This document shows, piece by piece, positions 49,755 to 56,414 of a DNA stretch of 56,414 nucleotides. The translations under genes were made by a program, and so were the position numbers. The notes beneath the pieces were generated by a model, which saw only the letters and a program-made list of their open reading frames with translations, searched no databases and was not told the origin of the DNA. The stretch comes from Prorocentrum cordatum (lineage: Eukaryota). Within the stretch, counting starts at the first letter, position 1. Each line of letters starts with the position of its first letter. Location: positions 62,001 through 118,414 of the forward strand of contig CAUYUJ010000091.1 in assembly GCA_963575745.1 (NCBI GenBank), read 5' to 3'.

Positions 49755-50125
49755 GTATTGTTGTTGGTGACGTTATTGTTGTAGTTGTTGGAGATGTTGT
49801 CGTTTTGTTGGTGTTGTTGTTGATGTTGTTGTTGCTTGTGCTGCTGCTGCCGTTGCTGCTGCGGTTGTTGTCGTTTGTGAGTTTGTTGTTGTTGGTGGTG
49901 TTGTCGCTGTTGTTGTTGCTGTTATTGTTTTTGGTGTTGTTGTTGAGGTTGGTATTGGTGCTGCTGTTGCTGTTGTCGTTGGTGTTGTTGGTGGTGTTGT
50001 TAATGGTGGTGGTGTGTTTGCTGTTGGTGGTAGTGTTATTAGTGTTGTTGTTGTAGCTGTTGTTGCGGTTGGTGTTGCTGTTGTTGGTGTTGTTGTTGTG
50101 TATGTTGGTGTTCTTGTTGTTGAAC
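49755..50125. repeat. (GTT)n degenerate microsatellite
   Basis: Directly visible. Confidence 0.9.
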
Positions 50126-50643
50126 TCGCGGCACTGAATAATACTTTATGTTGATCCTCTTTCGGGGGCATTACATTTTTAAGTTGAAGTGCCCTTCCAG
50201 GGGCTCGCACCCTGTTTCTTGTCTGGGAAAGTTTGGGGTCTCAGAATTGAGCCCCTGGCCCCCGAGTTACAACAACAACGGCTCCCGCCTGATACTTCTT
50301 CACAATGGAGTCCCAAGTCGCGCTCTCGCGCGGGACGTCCTCAACATTTTGTGCAGGAATCTCGCTCTCGCGTGGGACTTGCCTGACAATTATTCAGACG
50401 TTGCGCCCTCGACACTCAGGAATCACGCACTCGCTTTGGCCTATCTCACGATTTATTCGGGAATCGGCTATCGCTCGTGATGTCCACATGATTCATGCGG
50501 GACGGACGCTTCAGCAACCCGCCTGTTGACCTGGCCGCCTGGGCCCGCCTTCCCGACCCGCCTGTAAGGCTCTACCCGCCCGATCTGCCCGTCTGGTTCT
50601 GCCACGTGTTTTCTGTTCCTATCCCCCCTCTTGCTACTCTCTC

Positions 50644-50674
<31 letters not shown>

Positions 50675-51481
50675 CTCTCTCTCGTGCTCCATCCGTCTTC
50701 CCCTTGTCTCTTTCTTCCATCCGTCCGATCTTCCCCTGCCGCAGGGGCTGCATGACATACACGTTGCAGGTCAGACAGGTATACCTCCACGGAGATACGA
50801 TCGAAGACGAAGAGGCCGCGCATCGAGGGCACGGGATATACGTGCCGAGTGGTACGCACGGAGACAAGAGCGACCAGTCTGAAAATGATTGTTGCGTTTG
50901 GTGGTGGTGGTGGTGGTGGTGGTGTGTGTGTGCGCTTGACTTTAGCGCAGGGGCGGCACCAATGGCACGAGCTGGATTTGCATACCCGCCCCACCAGAGT
51001 CCCAAGCCATCACCACTTGCGGCCACCTGGGGGAGCTCGGGGGCGCCCTTGAAGCCGTCTTCGGCGCATCGGAACGAAGGGGCAATAATGTCAGAATCAC
51101 TGAACGAACGCATACGTTTAGTATTAGGTTGATAATTTCATCCACCCTCGGAAAGCTCATGGGCCATTTGGAGCCGCCTTGGGTCGGTCGGACTCTTGGA
51201 AGTATGTTGGAAGTCACCTTTAGCGATAGTGTGCAGTATCTGTTGCCGGTATGGGCTACCTGTGGCCATCCTTGACACGCCAACGTTCTCCTTCGTCCCA
51301 GTCCAGACCCAGGGGAAAGGCATAGCTGGACAGGTAAACTTCTCCCCGCAGGGTACGAAGTGCGTTGCGCTCTAAGCCGCCTGCGCCCAGTGCTTGTGGG
51401 ACTCTGTCCCCCCCGTTTCTTCTTCTCCTTGTTCATTCTCTCTCTTGCTCTCTCTCTCTCTCTCTTTCTCTCTTTCTTGTT

Positions 51482-53635
51482 TTCCCAACCATCCTGTGGT
51501 GTTGGGTCCTCGTTTTGAAGAGACAGCGCCCCGCGTCCCACCTTCCTCCTCCTTCCTCCTCCTCCTCCCCCTCCTCCTCCCGCTGCTCCCTCCTCCCCCT
51601 CTTCCCTGCGGTTCCCCCACCCAGGGCAGCGCTTCGTAGCCCCATAGGGAGCTCCACCGAAGACCCCAGTGGGGGTGCCCGCATGCGGTTCCCCCACCCA
51701 GGGCAGCGTTTCATAGCCCCATAAGGGAGCTCCACTGAAGGCCCCAGTGGGAGTGCCCGCATGCGGTTCCCCCACCCAGGGCAGCGCTTCGTAGCCCCAT
51801 AGGGAGCTCCACCGAAGGCCCCAGTGGGGGTGCCCGCATGCGGTTCCACTACCCAGGGCAGCGCTTCATAGCCCCATAGGAAGCTCCCGAAGGCCCCAGT
51901 GGGGGTGCCCGCATGCGGTTCCCCCACCCAGGGCAGCGCTTCGTAGCCCCATAGGGAGCTCCACCGAAGGCCCCAGTGGGGGTGCCCGCATGCGGTTCCC
52001 CACCCAGGCAGCGCACATAGGCCCCACCGAGGCCCCAGTGGGGGTGCCCGCATGCGGTTCCCCCACCTAGGGCAGCGTTAGTAGCCCCATAGGGAGCTCC
52101 ACCGAAGGCCCCAGTGGGGGTGCCCGCATGCTGTTCCCCTTCCCAGGGCATCGTTTCGTGGCCCCATAGGGAGCTCCAACGAAGGCCCCAGTGGGGGTGC
52201 CCGCATGCGGTTCCCCCCAGGGCAGCGTTGCGTGGCACCACAGGGAGCTCCACTTCTCATGCCCCAGTGGGGGTGCCCCATGCGGTTCCCCACCAGGGCA
52301 GCGGCTTCGTAGCCCATAGGGAGCTTCCCACCGAAGGCCCAGAGGGGGTGCCCGATGCGGTTTCCCCACCCAGGGCAGCGCTTCGTGGCCATAGGGGAGA
52401 TCCACCGAAGGCCCCAGTGGGGGGTGCCCGCGCCGGTTCCCCTCCAGGGCGCGATTTCGTAACCCCATAGAGAGTTCCACCGAAGGCCCCAGTGGGGGTA
52501 GCCCGCAATATGCGGTTCCCCCACCCAGGGCAGCGCTTCGTGGCCCCATAGGGAGATCCACCGAAGGCCCCAGTGGGGGTGCCCGCGCCCGGTTCCCCCA
52601 CCCAGGGCAGCGTTTCGTAACCCCATAGAGAGTTCCACCGAAGGCCCCAGTGGGGGTGCCCGCATGCGGTTCCCCCACCCAGGGCAGCGTTTCGTGGCCA
52701 TATAGGGAACTCCACCGAAGGCCCCAGTGGGGGTGCCCGCATGCGGTTCCCCCACCCAGGGCAATGTTGCGTGGCCCCACAGGGAGCTCCAACTAAGGCC
52801 ACAGTGGGGGTGCCCGCATGCGGTTCCCCCACCCAGGGCAGCGTTTCGTGGCCATATAGGGAGCTCCACCGAAGGCCCCAGTGGGGGTGCCCGCGCCCGG
52901 TTCCCCCACCCAGGGCAGCGTTTCGTAACCCCATAGAGAGTTCCACCGAAGGCCCCAGTGGGGGTGCCCGCATGCGGTTCCCCCACCCAGGCAGCGTTTC
53001 ATAGCCCCATAGGGGGCTCCACCGAAGGCCCCAGTGGGGGTGCCCGCGCCCGGTTCCCCCACCCAGGGCAGCGTTTCGTAACCCCATTTGGAGCTCCACC
53101 GTAGGCCCCCGTTGGGGTGCCCGTATGCGGTTCCCCCACCCAGGGCAGCGCTTCGTAGCCCAATAGGGAGTTCCACCGAAGGCCCCAGTGGGGGTGCCCG
53201 CATGCGTCTCCCCCACCCAGGACAGCGTTTCGTGGCCCCATAGGGAGCTCCACCGAAGGCCTCAATCGGAGTGTTCGCATGCGTCTCCCCCGCCCAGGAC
53301 AGCGCTTCGTGGCCCCATAGGGAGCTCCACCGAAGGCGCCAGAGGCGCAGTTTGCATGCGTCTCCCCCACCCATGACAGCGCTTCGTGGCCCCATAAGGA
53401 GCTCCAGCGAAGGTCCCAATGGCACAGTTCGCATGCGTCTCCCTCGCCCAGGGCAGCGTTTCGTGGCCCCATATGGAGCTACACCGAAGGCCCCAGTGGC
53501 GGTGTCCACATGCGTCCGCGCCACCAAATTCGGCGCACCCCTCACAAGTTTCGTGGCCCCATAGGAGCTTCACCGAAACCGGTACCCACAATGCGGTACT
53601 CGCAACTGCACATGGGTTGTCCTTCTTCAACATAA
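51482..53635. mobile_element. Composite non-autonomous element copy 1: hairpin head, (CCT)n, 77 bp satellite array, conserved tail (DINE-1/Helentron-like)
   Basis: Head CCCAACCATCCTGTGGTGTTGGG..CGTTTTGAAGAGAC, 77 bp period (51631, 51708..), tail CAATGCG..CAACTGCACATGG..TCCTTC. Confidence 0.65.
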
Positions 53636-53756
53636 TTCCCAACATCCTGTGGTGTTGGGTTCCTCGTTTTGAAGAGACGGTTGCCCCGCGCCTTCTTCTC
53701 CTCCTCCTCCTCCTCTTCCCCCTCCTCATCCTCCCATCAGCATCTCATCATCATCG

Positions 53757-53821
<65 letters not shown>

Positions 53822-55647
53822 GTCATCATCATCGTCATCATCATCGTCATCATCATCGCCATCACCCACCATCATCGTCATCATCACCATCATCGTCACA
53901 CCTCTCACACGTTTCGTGGCCCCATAGGGAGCTCCACCGAAGGCCCCAGTGCCGCCGCCCGCATGCGTCAGCCACACCCAATTCGGCACACCCCTCACAC
54001 GTTTCGTGGCCCCATAGGGAGCTCCACCGAAGGCCCCATTGCTGCCGCCCGCATGCGTCAGCCACACCCAATTCGGTACACCCCTCACACGTTTCGTGGC
54101 CCCATAGGAAGCTCCACCGAAGGCCCCAGTGCTGCCGCCCGCATGCGTCAGCCACACCCAATTCGGCATACCCCTCACACGTTTCGTGGCCCCATAGGGA
54201 GCTCCACCGAGGGCCCCAGAGCTGCCGCCCGCATGCGTCAGCCACACCCAATTCGACACACCCCTCACACGTTTCGTGGCCCCATAGGGAGCTCCACCGA
54301 AGGCCCCAGTGCCGCCGCCCGCATGCGTCAGCCACACCCAATTCGGCACACCCCTCACACGTTTCGTGGCCCCATAGGGAGCTCGCGCCAGCGGCTCAGT
54401 GCAGCGCCCGCTGCTGCGTCACCACACCCAATTCGGCACACCCCTCACACACTTTCGTGGCCCCATAGGGAGCTCCACCGAAAGGCCCCAGTCAAGTGCT
54501 GCCGCCCGATGGCGTCACCGTCAGCCACACCACGTTCGGCACACCCACCCGAAAAGACCCGGGCATGCCAACGGAATCTTCCACCAAGCCAGTTGCCGCG
54601 GTCCGCATGGTCAGCCAAACCCAATTCGACACATCCCCTCACACGTTTCGTGGCCCCTAGGGAGTCAACCGAAGGCCCCAGGTGGCCGCCGCCCGCATGC
54701 GTCAGCCACACCCAATTCGGCATACCCCTCACACGTTTCGTGGCCCCATAGGGAGCTCCACCGAAGGCCCCAGTGCTGCCGCCCGCATGCGTCAGCCACA
54801 CCCAGTTCGGCACACCCCTCACACGTTTCGCGGCCCCATAGGGAGCTCCACCGAAGGCCCCAGTGCCGCCGCCCGCATGCGTCAGCCACACACAATTCGG
54901 CACACCCCTCACACGTTTCGTGGCCCCATAGGGAGCTCCACCGAAGGCCCCAGTGCTGCCGCCCGCATGCGTCAGCCACACCCAATTCGGCACACCCCTC
55001 ACACGCTTTCGTGGCCCCATGGGGAGCTCCACCAAAGGCCGCAGTGCCGCCGCCCGCATGCGTCAGCCACATCCAATTCGGCACACCCCTCACACGCTTC
55101 GTGGCCCCAGCCCGCATGCGTCAGCCACACCCATTTCGGCTCACCCCTCACACGTTTCGTGGCCCCATAGGGAGCTCCACCGAATGCCCCAGTGCCACCG
55201 CTCGCATGCGTCCCGCACACCCATTCCGGCACCTCCACCAAACACAGCGTTTCGTGGCCCCACGGGGACCTCCACCGAAGGCCCCAGTGGTGCCGCCCGC
55301 ATGCGTCACCCCCACCCCAGCACAGCATTTCGTGGCCCCACAGGGAGCTCCACCGAAGGCCCCAGTGGTGCCGCCCGCATGAGCCACCCCCACCCAGCAC
55401 AGCGCTTCGTGGCCCCATAGGGAGCTCCACCGACGGCCCCAGTGGTGCCGCCCGCATGCGCCACCCCCGCCCAGTACAGCGTTTCGTGGCCCCGCAGGGA
55501 CCTCCACCGAAGGCCCCAGTGGTGCCGCCCGCATGCGTCACCCCCACCCAGCACCGCGTTTCGTGGCCCCACAGGGAGCTCCACCGAAAGCGGCACCCGC
55601 AATGCGATATTCACAACTGCACATGGTTGGGTCCTTCGCCAGGATAA
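53636..55647. mobile_element. Composite element copy 2, abutting copy 1 head-to-tail: same head and tail, (CCT)/(CAT)n, 90 bp then ~77 bp satellite units
   Basis: Period 90 (53911, 54001, 54091, 54181, 54271, 54361). Shares the core TTCGTGGCCCCATAGGGAGCTCCACCGAAGGCCCCAGTG with the 77 bp unit. Confidence 0.65.
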
Positions 55648-56414
55648 GTGTTTTTTATATTTCTCTCTCTCTCTCTCTATTTCCGTAATCATATGTTTCG
55701 CTATTTATAGGCACGTATGCAAACATGCGTTGCCCCTCAGCTTTCCACCCAATGTTTTCTGCATGGGAAATGTGAGGAGTTTCGTTATGAGAGGGAGGAG
55801 GATGAGGACTGTGACGAGGAGGAGGAGGAGGAGGAGGAGGAGGAGGAGGAGGGGCACTAGGAGGACGAGGAGGACGAGGAGGGAGGGGCAGGATCGATAT
55901 GCGTATATGGATGAGTATGAAGAGCAGAACCATGAAGGCACGAATCTGGCGTACAACAAAACAAGCAGAAGAGGCATGGGGCAGGATGAGGGACGAGCAG
56001 AGGAGTCGTTCAGGGCTCGAGCTAGTCGATGTTTGGACGACGCCGTTTTCTGTTTCATTCATCTTTGCAGCAGAGGCGGAACGACGACAGAACGAGGAAC
56101 ACCGAAACTAAACGCAAACGAACAACACCGTTGAGCTTCGGCCCTGGAGTGGCTTGCAATTCTCCTTTTGGTGTGATGTGCCCCCCTTTGTTCTATCCTG
56201 TTGCCAGGGCCTCTGCTGAAAGAGGCCTGCCTGGAGGCCTCCAAGAGGAGGGGCCCCGACCCCTCCTCTTGGAGGCCCCCGATCCGTGGCAGACGGCTGC
56301 CCCCCCTGTCGGCCCCAGGGGCGCAGACAGGATGGAGGGCCCTCATGGAGGGACGAGGCGGAGGGAGGAGGAGGAGGAGGAGGAGGAGGATGAGGAGGAG
56401 GGAGCCCTCCCCTT

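Noticed and set aside
50778..50885. Possible next VPS35 exon (cag|GTATACCTCCACGGAGAT.., VYLHGDTIEDEE)
   Set aside because: No match to the expected VFPDE.HL.TL, and it overlaps a local direct repeat.
51600..55590. CRISPR-like regular repeats
   Set aside because: Whole units repeat with no unique spacers, there are no cas genes and the context is eukaryotic. This is a satellite. The same applies to 13399-14535 and 12215-12750.

Overview
Eukaryotic, GC-rich, repeat-dominated genomic DNA, almost certainly from a dinoflagellate: introns have GC and GA donors, every acceptor is AG|G, and a near-perfect DinoSL spliced-leader relic is present. One host gene is recognisable: nine small exons of the N-terminal part of retromer subunit VPS35 on the + strand, spread over 2639-39464. 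Its first exon and its downstream exons were not found in the window. The introns hold many TA-flanked MITE and foldback families, microsatellites, satellites, a decayed tyrosine-recombinase (DIRS-like) retrotransposon (~34150-38226) and a head-to-tail pair of DINE-1/Helentron-like satellite-carrying elements (51482-55647). The main finding is an apparently full-length ~6.7 kb non-LTR retrotransposon (39556-46232; ORF1, then APE-RT-CCHC-RNase H). It starts exactly at a spliced leader, sits in a (CT)n microsatellite and ends in (TTCAGCA)3. Its ORF2 frame opens at the ATG directly after the SL and runs stop-free across all of ORF1. A second, different SL-relic-headed ORF1-like fragment lies on the - strand at 27957-28608. 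Most ORFs in the supplied track are artefacts of low-complexity repeats. All protein and family assignments come from motif recognition, not database searches.
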